Shown here: positions 1 to 33,181 of the stretch, piece after piece
Layout of the letters: every line of letters begins with the position of its first letter
Numbering within the stretch: position 1 is the stretch's first letter
DNA from: Camelus dromedarius
Lineage: Eukaryota
Direction: 5' to 3'
DNA: 64,000 bases
Assembly: GCF_036321535.1 (NCBI RefSeq)
Contig: NC_087447.1
Coordinates: forward strand, 41,294,001-41,358,000
Translations under genes and position numbers: made by a program
Notes under the pieces: model-generated
What the model was told of the DNA's origin: nothing
Database searches by the model: none
Seen by the model: the letters and a program-made list of their open reading frames with translations, nothing else

Positions 1-2884
1 AAATGAAGTCTCCACTTCTTTCCAGTGGAGGAAATTGGAGCACTAGCTTGCACAGGAGAAATCAAAGCAGCATTGTTTCAAAGAACAAAACAGCCCGGGA
101 GAGAGCAAAGGCTGTGGCGTGGAGCCCGCTTGGGAGAAGATGCTATCACAGACACTCCACCCCACTTAGAGGAATCCAATCTGTCTGGGACTAAAAACCC
201 ACTTACAGATTCATTAACTAGGATCGTGCTTAGAGGAGTCATCTTTTAGTTTGACTAATAGTCAGTGCCTTCACGATGGTCAAAATGAGAACAAAATCTG
301 GTGAGCATTATTCATGGTTTCTAAGAAACAGCAACGTGGAGAGTCCAGCCGCGCCCTTGCTGACGGCCGCCATGTCTGGGAAGAGGCCCCTGGACTCAGA
401 CCCAAGGCCTGCCATTCACAGTCCAAGTGTAAACATGGCTCCAACAAAACAGATCTGCTAAAAGCCATTGTAGGAGAGAAGAATGGAGCTGCCGGAGCTC
501 TCAGAGCAGAGGCTCCAATCTTTCTCTCCATTTTTAGATAAGAAATTCCATTTTAAGAACAAAGTATCAGTGAGCACCTACTTCTTGCCATCTTAGGCTC
601 AGCCCTTGGAAAACAGATGAAGAAGGTATAATCCCTGTCCTTGGGTTCACTGTCTGGTGGGGACAGATGAACAGATCATTTCAGTCAGTGGTCTGGGGTC
701 ATTCAGAGCAGAGGTGAGGAGCCTGGCACAACCTCACTTTCTGTAGGAACACACAACAATAACCAGTGTTCAAATTATGACCCTGAGCCATCCAAAGAGG
801 GATAAATATCTCACTCAAAAGTGCTATATGTGGGTACAATTGAGAAAGGACACACGAGAAGCCTCTGGTAGGTGTGTAGGTGTCATATTTTCATATTTAA
901 TCACATCACATCTTTGTCTGTGTTCATGATAAAAATAATGAATGAAGCTGAGTCTTTGGCAACATGGAGTATTGTGACGGAACTTCCTTTCCCCAGATCC
1001 AGATTCCAGCACAGGCTACAGTCATCTTTCCTTACTGTTAAGTCAGTTTGAAACAGTGTTTTCTGTGATTTGTCATCAAAAGCATCTTAATTGCAATAGG
1101 ATGCAGCATTTACCTAACTTATCTGGCTGTGGAATTCTTTCTCAAGGAACAGCTTTTGGGACTGGTGCTTCAGGGAAACCATTCTGGTGAACACACTGGA
1201 TTAGAGTTCTACTTAGGAGACAGAAATGACAAGAAGGTGAATTTACAAATTTAGTGGCTTCTGGATAAGGGACTTGAAAATCCAGCCCTGATGTCTTTTA
1301 TCTAATAAATGTCCTCTTCACGACTTCACTGTGAGGTGCATGAACAAATACAGATTTGTCCTGGGAGTGTTGCCATAGTGACAATCTAGAATTGATCAAC
1401 TATGTCAAGGAAGATGCATAAAAAGTTAAGATCTTTTCCAAAACCCAATATTTTCAAAATGAAAAATGTTTCCAAACATTTTTCCTATAGTAAGCAGAAT
1501 AAATAAAAGCAAAAAGCAAGAGCAAACACATGTATTTCACAAGCAAAAATATAATCTATCTGTACTGATGAAAAAATTAGGCCTAACACAGCATAGTTTC
1601 CAATTACTTGACACAGAAGGACCTCAAGGTACTAACGCAGTTGACATAGGCTAGACAGTCTGTTTAAAATTCACTGCAATGACCCTGGAATGTATAACTT
1701 GAAAGGATCCCAAATAACCTTATTTTATAAGTAGGGATACTGAGGTGGGAAAGTGAAGCGTTTGGTCACATCCGTGTGAGTGACAGAGCCAGGCTAGAGG
1801 CCAGGGCAGCCAGCCTTTCACAGGGGCCTGATGCAAAGTCAGACTCTGAGGACAGGCTGCAGTGTGTTGATTCGCCCCACCCAAAGTAGTGGATGCACTG
1901 ACATCTAGAAGGACTTAGTTGGCCTGTAGCATCTATTCTGATGCTGTGTAGGTGAGCGTCACCCCCGACCTGTTCTGCTCTAACCCTTCCGACAAGAGCA
2001 TCAACTACCTTTAGGAAAAGGCTGTGCTGTCCTGTGCTCCAAATGCTGGTTTTAGGAGCCGATTCTCATCTCCTTTAAAAGGTCTTCCTTGCCTCTATTG
2101 GCTACTTACTCTCTCAGGGAAGAGATTATTCATCAGTGGAATCAAAACAAGGGATACTTAAAAAGCTCCAGGAAAGTCATATTTCCTGGAGATTAAAAAT
2201 ATTTTTCTCAAGAGGAATTAGGAAGAAGCCAGCATTTTTAAAAGGATGACCTATGAAAGAGTAACTGACCCAGCCCCACTTGAACAAGGATCAGTGAGCC
2301 TGATGAATACTGTCAGGCATTCAGAACCGATTCCATCACGGGGAGGACGTTGCCGGGAATTCAATATAGGCTCACACTGAATCTGCCTCCATAATCCTCG
2401 CAACAACTCCATGAGTTAGGTATTGTCTTCTGCTATGATGGAATTGTTGCCCCATTAGGAAACTTCATGTTATAAACATAGTAACGTCAGTGGAGGCAGT
2501 GATTTAGTTTCAGAGTCAGAATAACAAAGTGGTTTTTCTTGCCTCAACTTAAGCAAAATTTATTTTAAAATTTAATAGCTCGAATTATGGTTGTGGAACT
2601 TGGTCTAGTCCTGAGCCAACATCAAAGCCAATGCAAATCAGATTCTCTAAATGTGGCAGATCCAACTGAGGCTTTCAAAAACATGCAGTGTAGGAGAAAT
2701 GGCTTGTTCTGGGGGGACAGAAGCCTAATTAGGGAACTAACTTGCCCCACGTCCCAGAGCTTGTCAGTGGCAAAAAGTGAAATTCCACTCGGGAACTCCT
2801 GGACTCCAGTATCTCCGCTCTTCACCAACTAACCACTGACGCCCTCCCCCGCTGACACCAACTCCACCAAGACAAGAAGGTGCC

Positions 2885-4485
2885 TGTTCAGGGTGGCAAC
2901 AGAGGAGGATCCTGAACTCACCTCCTCCCAGGGTCATGCCGAACCTACAGCTACCTACGGGACAGGTTTCTCTGGAAAAAACCTAAAAACGAGTAAAACC
3001 ACTCCTTCATCACATCAGACACATCAGACAAAAGCCGCATTAATGTGAGTCAGAAAGGCTGAGACACAATCCCACAATGGGGAGGGAACCCCATACCCAG
3101 AGCTTCTCCCTGAGGAGGTTTGTACCCCACACTGGGCACCCCAACTTTTAAGACCTCCACCTGAGACAAGCCCCCAAAACATATAGCTTTGAAAACCAAC
3201 GGCTCATGCCCCAACGACCCAGGGGGCTGTGGCAAACTGAGAAACATCTCCTAAGCAGCTCTGCAGACTCACTCAGGGCCCAGCGCAGAGCAGCCTCTGA
3301 AAAGAGCCAAGGCTTTATGTGAAAGTTTTATTTGCTATTTTTTTCCTTTACATTTATTTTTTTAAACTTTTGAAACTTTTTTTTTGGCGAGGGGAGGTAA
3401 TTAGGTTGTTTATTTATTTATTTAATGGAGGTGCTGGGGATTGAACCCAGGACCTTGTACATGCAAAGAACATGATCTGTCACTGAGCTATCCCCTCCGC
3501 TTCCTTATTTGTGAATTTTTTTAAGGCATTGAGCTGCAGGACTGGGGCCTGCTGGGATGCTGTCCTGGGCTGGAGGCTGGTGGGTGACATCTTTGAGTTC
3601 TCCCTCTGCCTTGCTAAAGCCAGCAGGCATTGTCTTTGTCTTTTTCTTTCCTTTCTTTTTTCTTTTTGTCTTTTCCTTTTTTCTTAAAAATCTTTTTCTT
3701 TCTTTCTTTTAAAAAAATTTTAAAAAAATTTTTCAGTGCGCTCCATCTTTGCACCTCCCTCACACAGTGTCTATCCAGCCAGCGCCATCTTTGCTCCCCC
3801 TGCAGAACCAGGACCAGGACCTCCTGGAGGAGAGCTTCTACACTCGTCTGGTGCCCTGGTTTTTACACCTGGTGACCCAGTTTTTGTGGCTGTAGCCCAG
3901 GGGACACCCCTCCATTGCCAGACTCTGGAGGCCAGGGTCGAGGGGTTGAGTTCCTGGGGCCCATGGGACTGTAACAATCAGAGATTAGCTGTTGGCAGGC
4001 AACCACCCCCAGGGCACTGCACAGACAGCCGACTTAAACATACCCGACTTTCTGTTGAAAGAGGCCTACTTACTTATCCAGGAGCTTTGGCCGGAGGGGA
4101 AGGTAGACTTCAAGGGCCCGTCTCAGGGAACAGAGGCTGGTGGACGCCATCTTTGCGTTCTCCCTCCGCCTCGCCTCAGCTCACCTGTATCCTAAATGAG
4201 CAACCACGCTCCCAGCACAGCGAGAGGCAACAGGCCCAGGAATTCAGACTTTCTGTGAAAGAGGCCTATTAGCTTATCATCATAGCTGCTGCCTGAGAGT
4301 CTGGCTTCCAATCAGCCTTCATCTAGGTGCTGATTGAGAGCCTCCATTTTGGGACACTGACAGGTGTCAGCACACCTTCAACCACTAAGAGCTATTAAAA
4401 ATAAAATAGGCTGCTTGGACAATCACAAAGGTTGAAGAGGTAACCAAGAGCTGGGGGGAGGGGTTTGAACAGTAAAGTTCACCTG
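2885..4485 (+). mobile_element. Old L1 5' UTR region (no ORF1/ORF2 follows), interrupted by a SINE
   Basis: Starts with GAGGAGGATCCTGAACTCACCTCCTCCC..., resembling L1 5' ends as recalled; internal repeated unit GACTTTCTGT(T)GAAAGAGGCCTA at ~4045 and ~4247. Confidence 0.6.
3377..3497 (-). mobile_element. tRNA-derived SINE (camelid vic-1-like)
   Basis: GGGGATTGAACCCAGGACC (B box) ... CACTGAGCTAT (A box), with a T-rich tail on the + strand. Confidence 0.8.
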
Positions 4486-4488
4486 GCA

Positions 4489-5098
4489 CCATCTGTGGTT
4501 ACAAAACATTTTATTTTCTTGTGCTGAGAACTTTTAAGATCTACTGTTTCAGCTGCTTTTACCTATAGTCACCACCCTGTACATTACATATCATGACTTA
4601 CTTGTTTTATACTGGAGATTTGAACCTTTCCACCCCCTTTACCAGTTTCATCCACTCTCCCATCCCCTCTGCCTCTGGCATCCACCAATCTGTTCTCTGT
4701 GTCTATGAGTTTAGGTTTATTTGTTTTTTAGCTACCATGTATAAACGATCATTCAGTATTTGCCTTTCTCCGTCTAACTTATTCCACTTAGCATAATGCT
4801 CCCAAGGTCCATCCATGTCATTGCAAGTGACAAGATTTCCTTCTTTTTTATGGCTGAATAGTATCATATACGTATGTATATCACATCTTCTTTTTCTATT
4901 GTTTTCGTCTATTAAAGGATACTTAGGTTGTTTCCATAGCTTGGTTATTGTAAATAATTCTGGAATAAACATGGGGGTTGTAGATACCTTTTTGAGTTCG
5001 TGTTTTCAATTTCTTCTGATCAATACCAGGAAGTGGAGTTGCTGGATCATGCGGAGGTTCTGGTTTTAATTATTTGTGGAACCTCCATAATGTTTCCA
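4489..5098 (-). mobile_element. L1 3' region (ORF2 end and 3' UTR), inverted segment
   Basis: ORF 4703..4972 (MFIPELFTITKLWKQPKYP) is an L1 ORF2 C-terminal remnant; L1MA-type 3' UTR. Confidence 0.85.
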
Positions 5099-5220
5099 CT
5101 TTTGTAACTCTGTAAGATGACAGACATTAGATTGAATGTGGTGATCATTTTGCAGTATATACAAATGTAAAATTATGTTGTACACTTGAAACTAAGATCA
5201 TGTTATATGTCAATTATACA
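5099..5220 (+). mobile_element. L1 extreme 3' terminus, sense segment
   Basis: GTGGTGATCATTTTGCAGTATATACAAAT...TTATATGTCAATTATA, typical L1MA-type terminus. Confidence 0.75.
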
Positions 5221-6121
5221 CGCACCCCCCTAAAAAGGCCTGATCCTGACGTGCAAGCTCCATAGCAAGGGAGTTGCTCTAAGTCCCTGAGGGCAGCAGC
5301 TGCAGAGGAAAGACAATGGGTTAGTCAAGTTTCCTTTGTCAGAAGGGCCTTCCGTCCTCAGGGGCATTCTATGCAACTCTGTCTTATCTGTCATCTCCAG
5401 GCTCCAAAACGTGGCCAGAGGGAGTTGCACCTGAAAAAACCACACGGTGGCTTCTAATGTGGGCCAAGTGGCGGGGAAGAATATTGCTGTTCTGCTGATC
5501 TGAGGGCACATTTGAAAGAAACATCCTTATGAAGATGAAACTGACTCACAAAGTGCAAATGAGGATGTTTAATGACCAGGGTAGCCAAAACCTGAAATGG
5601 GCAGCGAACGTTAAGAGAAAGAAATCACTATCCGTATTAGGCTGAATCCCTCCATAAGTAGCTTTCCAAGGGACCATCTATCAATAGTCTTGGGTTTAGT
5701 TACTGCTTGAAGTCAAGTGAGTCATCAGTTGGGAAATGCTTTTTAATGTAGATGGATTTGTCATTTGGGGCTTAACTAAGTCACCTCAAGTTACGTTAGA
5801 CATATTGGAAAATGCAGGGAGGGAGGAGGTGGAAGACCTGGGTTCTAGTGTGAACCTCATCTTCACTAGATTCTGAATCTCAAGCTGTTCATTTTCCACC
5901 GAGGACTGGCCACTCTGCCTCCCTTGGTTATTCTAGGAGCTGCATGTGCAGCTCCCACCTCCGAGAACACCTCCCTTAACTCTCCACTTGGTCCTTTGAG
6001 TGACCTCAGGCCTTCCGCCCTCCGTTTGCTCCCACAACCTGCACAAACATTACCCTCTGTTCACACCATAGGAATGATGAACTTATCTTCTCCATTAGAT
6101 TTTTGAGGACAGGAACACCAT

Positions 6122-6243
6122 TTTGATTTTTAATGAGGGGGAGGTAATTAGGTTTATTTATTTATATTTGGAGGATACTGGGGATTGAACCCAGGACCTC
6201 GTGCATGCTAAGCATGCACCCTACTGCTGAGCTATACCCTCCC
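6122..6243 (-). mobile_element. tRNA-derived SINE (vic-1-like)
   Basis: GGGGATTGAACCCAGGACCTCGTGCATGCTAAGCATGCACCCTACTGCTGAGCTATACCC. Confidence 0.85.
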
Positions 6244-6599
6244 GCCATTGAAGACAGGAAAGACATTTCATCTCTGTGTCCTCAGTGCCCAATATAATGC
6301 GTTTCACACCCGACTAAACTCGTTACAGCTCTTTACAAGCTGTGCAGTGCTCCTCAAAACTATTACCCTTAAATTCTTAATCCAAGTTAATAAAAATAAA
6401 AATACTTACCAGTACCTTAGTTTTCTTGTATCTTTTAAAAAAACTCCACAAATCTACAAACATTTATAAAAGTTTTGAGTCAACAACCTCCAGTTTAATC
6501 CAGATTTTCCTGAATATCTGCATAGTTTTATGCTAAATTTTTATATACACATGTACTGAGCTTCCCCTCCCCCCTCCAAAATGACATAAAGTTACACAT

Positions 6600-7246
6600 A
6601 AAAGTTGGTAGAAGAATTTTATTATGTGGCTTAGGTAGGTCTTTGCATTCTACTAACAGAAAAGCATTTTCCCACATCTTATTCAACCTAACAAATTATA
6701 TATTTGCGGCTTTATCTACATGGCTGCAGTATTACATTATCGAAGAAACCCTTCCTTTCATTTGTACTTTGGTGCAATTATACAGTAGATACCTCTTCCT
6801 CCAGAACATAAAAATATTCTCGATCTACACTGGAAATGGAACAAAGACATTAATACCAAGTTTGTCACACTACTTGGTAGAAGACAGCAATAAAAACCCA
6901 AATAGTATGCTACTTAATATACAAAGAAGATGAGACATTTGCCAGTTTCAATCAAACCTTTGTAGGAATGCTTTTGCATGTGGGTTTATTTTACTTCAGT
7001 TTTCACATGTGACAGGTGGAATTGTACCATAATGAAGAACAGTCACCTTCATTTGCTTGCGACTCAGATATTGGATTCTAGGGCACGAAATGTCTCTTGG
7101 GGTGCAGTAATATACAAATGGATAGGAAAAAAAACTGCCTTAGGAAAAATCTCACCATTGTTTGAACACCTGAAATGTTTTTATCACAGCTTTCATATAT
7201 TAAAAAATGTCTCCTCCAGAGATGAAGTTTATTTATGAAATAAAAT
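6600..7246 (-). other. CTR9: CTR9 3' UTR (approximate end)
   Basis: AT-rich, repeat-free sequence after the stop, ending near an AATAAA followed by a U/GU-rich tract. Confidence 0.7.
6618..6623 (-). terminator. Probable CTR9 polyadenylation signal (AATAAA)
   Basis: TTTATT on + strand; downstream on minus strand is CTTTTATGTGTAACTTTATGTCATTTT (U/GU-rich). Confidence 0.65.
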
Positions 7247-28705
<21,459 letters not shown>

Positions 28706-29912
28706 GGTGAGATCAGAAGGCGAGCGGGCGTGTGGCCTCGCCGCTCCGCAGCCGGTAGTCCTGACTTCTGGATCGTCCTGAGGGTAGCGGCGGCTCGGGG
28801 TCTAGTCGTGACTGCCGCCCCGCGGCGCAGCCGGAGCTGGGTCTTCTTCCCGTCAGCCGCTTAAACAACGAACCGCAGGAGGCGTCCGACGACTTCCGGC
28901 AGCCCCGCCCCCTGCCCCGGAAACTTTCCCCGCGGGAGGGCCTGTCCGATGGGAGGGCGTCTCCTGAGGCTCAGGGTCCCCGAATTTAGGAGGAGGGCTC
29001 CGAGGCTTCGGTTGGCGTGCCTACCTCTCCGAGGGCCTGAGGCTCCGGACCCTCGAGCCGCGCTGGCGCCGGAATAAATATATTGAGGGCGTATCCGCAC
29101 TGCTCTCAATGGGCAGAGCGACCAATCAGGCACGGGCTCGGGGCCCGGCTACTGATTGACGTGGGACACCTGGCCAATGATAGTCATGCTCTCCTGAGCT
29201 TGACCCCGCCCCCGACCCCGGACTTGTCCTCAGGTCTGGTTTTCCAATTAAGATTGCTGTGAATAATTCAATCATTCATTGCTTATCCCAATCATCAATT
29301 CCTTGTTTAGCGGCTATTATTTGCGAGTTACACCTATGCTATCTTTGTGTAACCAGTTTAAATATAAATGTTACAAAGAGTTCTGTAATCATTATGATAG
29401 TTCATGTATTTTGTGAGGATTTTGCTTTTTGAGTTTTTTTCGTTGTGAGAATCTGCTAGATTTGTGATTTAAATAAAATTGTTGAAGAATCGGATTAAAT
29501 CTGTAGTTAACGTTTTGATTAAATTATAAGATTTGATTAAATGCATTTTAATTTGTTTTAATTAAATTATAAAATATGACTAAATTACTTTGTAATCAAT
29601 ATTTTGATTAAACCAGAGAAGAATCTGAGTAAATAAATTTGTGAACACTGTCAATTTTACCAAGTGCCTCTTACCACCTCCTTCTGGCCCAAACCAATAT
29701 CATCACTTTGCTGCAATAACCTCCTGTTTTACCCAGTACCTCATCCACTCTTGGTCCCAAACTCCAGTCCAGCTTTAGGAAGTTACACACCTATCTTAAA
29801 AAAAATACCAATTTGGTGTTTGTCTTTCCTCCCACCTCCCTCAAAACCTTTAGATGGAAACTTTATTACATTTATGTTTTGATTAGTTGTGTAAGTATTT
29901 CAACCTTTCCAG

Positions 29913-30410
29913 CTGTGCTGTCCAATCCAAGGATAGTATTAGTTATGTAGGTAATTTTAAATTTTCTAGTAGCCACATTAAAAAAGTAAAAAGAAGTAGA
30001 TGAAAATAGTTTTAATAAAATATTTTGTTTTACCCAATATATCCAAAATATAATTTCAATATATAATCAATATAAAAATTGAGATAGTTTGCATTTTTTT
30101 ATGCTAAGTCTTAGAAATCCAGTATGTACTTTACACTTACATATTTAATTCACTTGTTTAATTTTAACTGGAAACACTGGATCTGTATTTAGACTTCATA
30201 AAATTTGCAGCAGAAAAAAATAAATCCACATACTTGAGTTTTTCCAAACATGCTTACAAGTTTTCCAATAACTGAATCAATGATCACTTTAAAATTTTAA
30301 GTTAATTAAAAATTTAAAAAAATTAAAATTCAGTTCCTTAGTTGCATTAGCCATATTTCAAGTGTTCAATAACCATGTGTGGTTAGTGGAAGCTGTACTA
30401 GACAGCATAG
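29913..30410. mobile_element. hAT-Charlie1/MER3/MER33-type DNA transposon, ~500 bp
   Basis: Imperfect terminal inverted repeats CTGTGCTGTCCAAT / ACTAGACAGCATAG; internal TTTTCTAGTAGCCACATTAAAAAAGTAAAA and TTAGCCATATTTCAAGTG motifs. Confidence 0.75.
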
Positions 30411-31615
30411 TACAGTATTTCTAGGAAATATTATTTAATACATTTTAAGGTTTATAAAGTAAGCATTAAAAAAAAAAAAAGTACACCTAGTGGTGTTATT
30501 CTTCTTCCCCAAACCCTGGCCTTAAAGGCCCCAGAAGTACTTTTGAATTGGTGTTTCAGTGGCAACTGAAGGTATCCTAACTGATAATACAGAACACTAT
30601 GATTGGATAATACAGAGAACTAAATTTAGACTTGGATTTGGAGGAAGTGACATTTAGGTTGCAACTGGGAAGATGGGAAAAATGTGGCTAGGTAAATGTT
30701 ATAGGAGAGTTGTGTACCAGACAGACGGACAGCATGCGGGGAGGAGCTTTGTGAACCTGAAAGAAAGCCATGTGGCTGGAACGTGAAAAATGACAGGGAG
30801 AGTAGCCTGTAAACAATGAGGCTGAAGACATAAGCAGTAGCCAGATCATGCCAAGATTTATCCATGGAAAGCAAAACTAGTGCCTTGACCCGCTTCCAAT
30901 ACGAGTAAGTGTAGACATCACAGTTAGGAAAAATAGAACTCTTTGCACTCTAAGGTAAACCAAAAAAATCCATGTCACACTATCTATGAGTCTCTGAAGT
31001 GAATGAAACCTTCAGCATTTCCTACGTATTACTGACTTCCTAACAAAAACAGCTCAATCGCTAACTTTTGCAAGGCTGAAGATATGCAAGAGTTTGGGGG
31101 GATATGGCCAACATATGAGAAAATTGCTCTTTTTCAGTCATGAACCAGCTAACTCTAACCTTATCACCTTGGGAGGAGGGAGGGGTGTTTGAAGAACCAG
31201 TCCTTCTAAAGCCTTAAACTCACTTGTAAACTTTTGCAAACATTTTTCTAAGGACTTTTATTCTAAAGATTTTGTCTCTGAGACTTGTTTTGATATAGGA
31301 TATGTTTTGGAGTTTGGATTTTATCTCAAGTGCAATGTAACTGAACAGTCTGAAGTTATGTATAAGTATCAATAAATATATGTGTATGAAAGAGAGAGAG
31401 TTGGTTTTGTGGCTTCAAACTGTTGTTCTGGCTACATTGTGGAGAATGGATTGCAGAGTATGTGAGAGGATATGCGCAGAAGACCTAGGAAACATGTGTC
31501 CGAGTAACAGATGATAAATAGCTCGGAATAAGTTTAAGGTGGCAGAGGTGGAGAGATATACATAATGTATCCCCATTTCTCTCCACTTCCACTACCTGGA
31601 ATAAATATATATAAC

Positions 31616-31815
31616 CTTTTTTTTTTTTTTTTTTTTGGTTGTCACTGCTCTTTTTTTTTGTTTTGGTTTTGGTTTTTTTGGAGGGGAAGTAACTAGGTTT
31701 ATTTATTTATTGTTTTATTTTATTAATATTGTTTTTAAGTGGAGGTACTGGGTATTGAACCCAGGACCTCTTCCATGCTAAGCAGATGCTCTACCACTGA
31801 GCTATACCATCCTCC
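31616..31815 (-). mobile_element. tRNA-derived SINE (vic-1-like) with long T tail
   Basis: GGAGGTACTGGGTATTGAACCCAGGACC...CTCTACCACTGAGCTATACC. Confidence 0.85.
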
Positions 31816-31829
31816 TCCTCACACCCTTA

Positions 31830-32270
31830 TAATCTTAATTACTAGGACTTGCTAATGAGTTGAATACAGGGGTCATCGAAAAAGTAGTATCAAGAAGGAC
31901 TTCCAGGTTTCTGGCATGGACAACGGGGTGAATGAAGTGTCATCTTTCAAGATAGAAATGATGAGTGGAGGAGTCCTTTTGGGCAAGGGTAGTTCACTCG
32001 TGTTTCAAGTGTGTTGTTTGCCCTGTTTCTGACATCTCTGAGACAGGTATCAGACAGGCAGTTGGATATACAGCTCTGCAGCTCAGAAGACAGTTTTTGA
32101 GCTGGAGAAATAAGTCCAAAAGCTGCTAGCATACAGATGAAATGTAAAATGATGGGATGGGATGAGATAAACTAGAGAGAGACTGTAGAATGTCAAGAGA
32201 AGGGCCCAGGACCAAGCTCTGAGGAATTCTGGTATACAGTGGGCAGGTAGGGGAAGAGGTTCTGCCAGGA
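31830..32270 (-). mobile_element. L2 LINE fragment (further pieces at ~30620-30870 and ~31300-31560)
   Basis: CCAGGTTTCTGGC...AGGCAGTTGGATATACAG...GGATGAGAT, purine-rich L2 antisense pattern. Confidence 0.6.
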
Positions 32271-32793
32271 ATCAGAGGACTAGAAGGAGAGAAAACCACA
32301 TGGCAACAGTTGGGACTTAACCTGTAATTCGGTACAGACAGCTACCCTGAACTGTAGCAGACACTGGTGAAACTAGATGTTTTTAGGCTGTAGACCTAGT
32401 TTTGGAGTGAGTACAGAGATGTCACTTCAGCTGACAAGACTGTGCAATGTCTCTTCACAAACGCTGTGCTCCCTGCTGGGCCTGAGTGCTCCAGGTAAAG
32501 CAATGTGTGCACTTGCGGTGTGAGTGATGTTGAGTATGTGTTCCAAATAGATTTCTGAGATTGTTCAGTTTTCTGTTGTTGATACTGTGTTTGGTTGTAG
32601 GCTTGGTAAATGCATATATTTAGCCAGTCTGAAGAGTGGGCTATTTCATATGTGGACAAAATAGGCTAATTATTAAAATATTTGATCTTAATGAAGAATA
32701 TTTGAGGTCTTAAATTAGGTGTCTTTTAAATAGAAGGACTCAAAAGGATATATTTAAAGTAGTTTGTACACATTATTAAGAAAGAATAGGAAT

Positions 32794-33181
32794 TGTATTT
32801 GTTTGCTAAGGCTGCCACAATAAAGTACCATAGATTGGGTGACTGAAACAACAGAACATTAATTTTCTCATAATTCTAGAGGCGGAAAGTCCAAGATCAA
32901 GGAGTCAGCAGAGTTGGTTTCTTCTGGGGCTTCTCTCCTTGGCTCGGAGACGGCTGTCTTCTCCCTCTGTCTTCACCTGGTCTTCCTTCTGGGTGTGTCT
33001 GTGTCCTAATTTCTTCTTCTTATAAGGGCACCAGTCATATTGGATTAGGACTCACCCCAATGACCTCATTTTTAACTTATTATCCCTTTTTAGATCCTAT
33101 CTCCAAATAAAGTCAAATTCTGAGGTGCTAGGGGTTAGTACTACAGTGTATGAATTTGGGAGAACAGAATTCAGCCCTTAA
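32794..33181 (-). mobile_element. MaLR solo LTR (MLT1-type)
   Basis: GGCTGCCACAATAAAGTACCATAGA...GTCCAAGATCAAGG...CACCAGTCATATTGGATTAGG...AATTCAGCCC. Confidence 0.85.

Noticed and set aside
3426..3497. tRNA-like A/B boxes (also at ~6170, ~12120, ~22090, ~31740)
   Set aside because: They are SINE heads with A-rich tails and TSDs, not tRNA genes
3736..4272. 178-aa ORF
   Set aside because: Lies in the GC-rich L1 5' UTR-like repeat, starts at a non-ATG codon and has no recognisable domain
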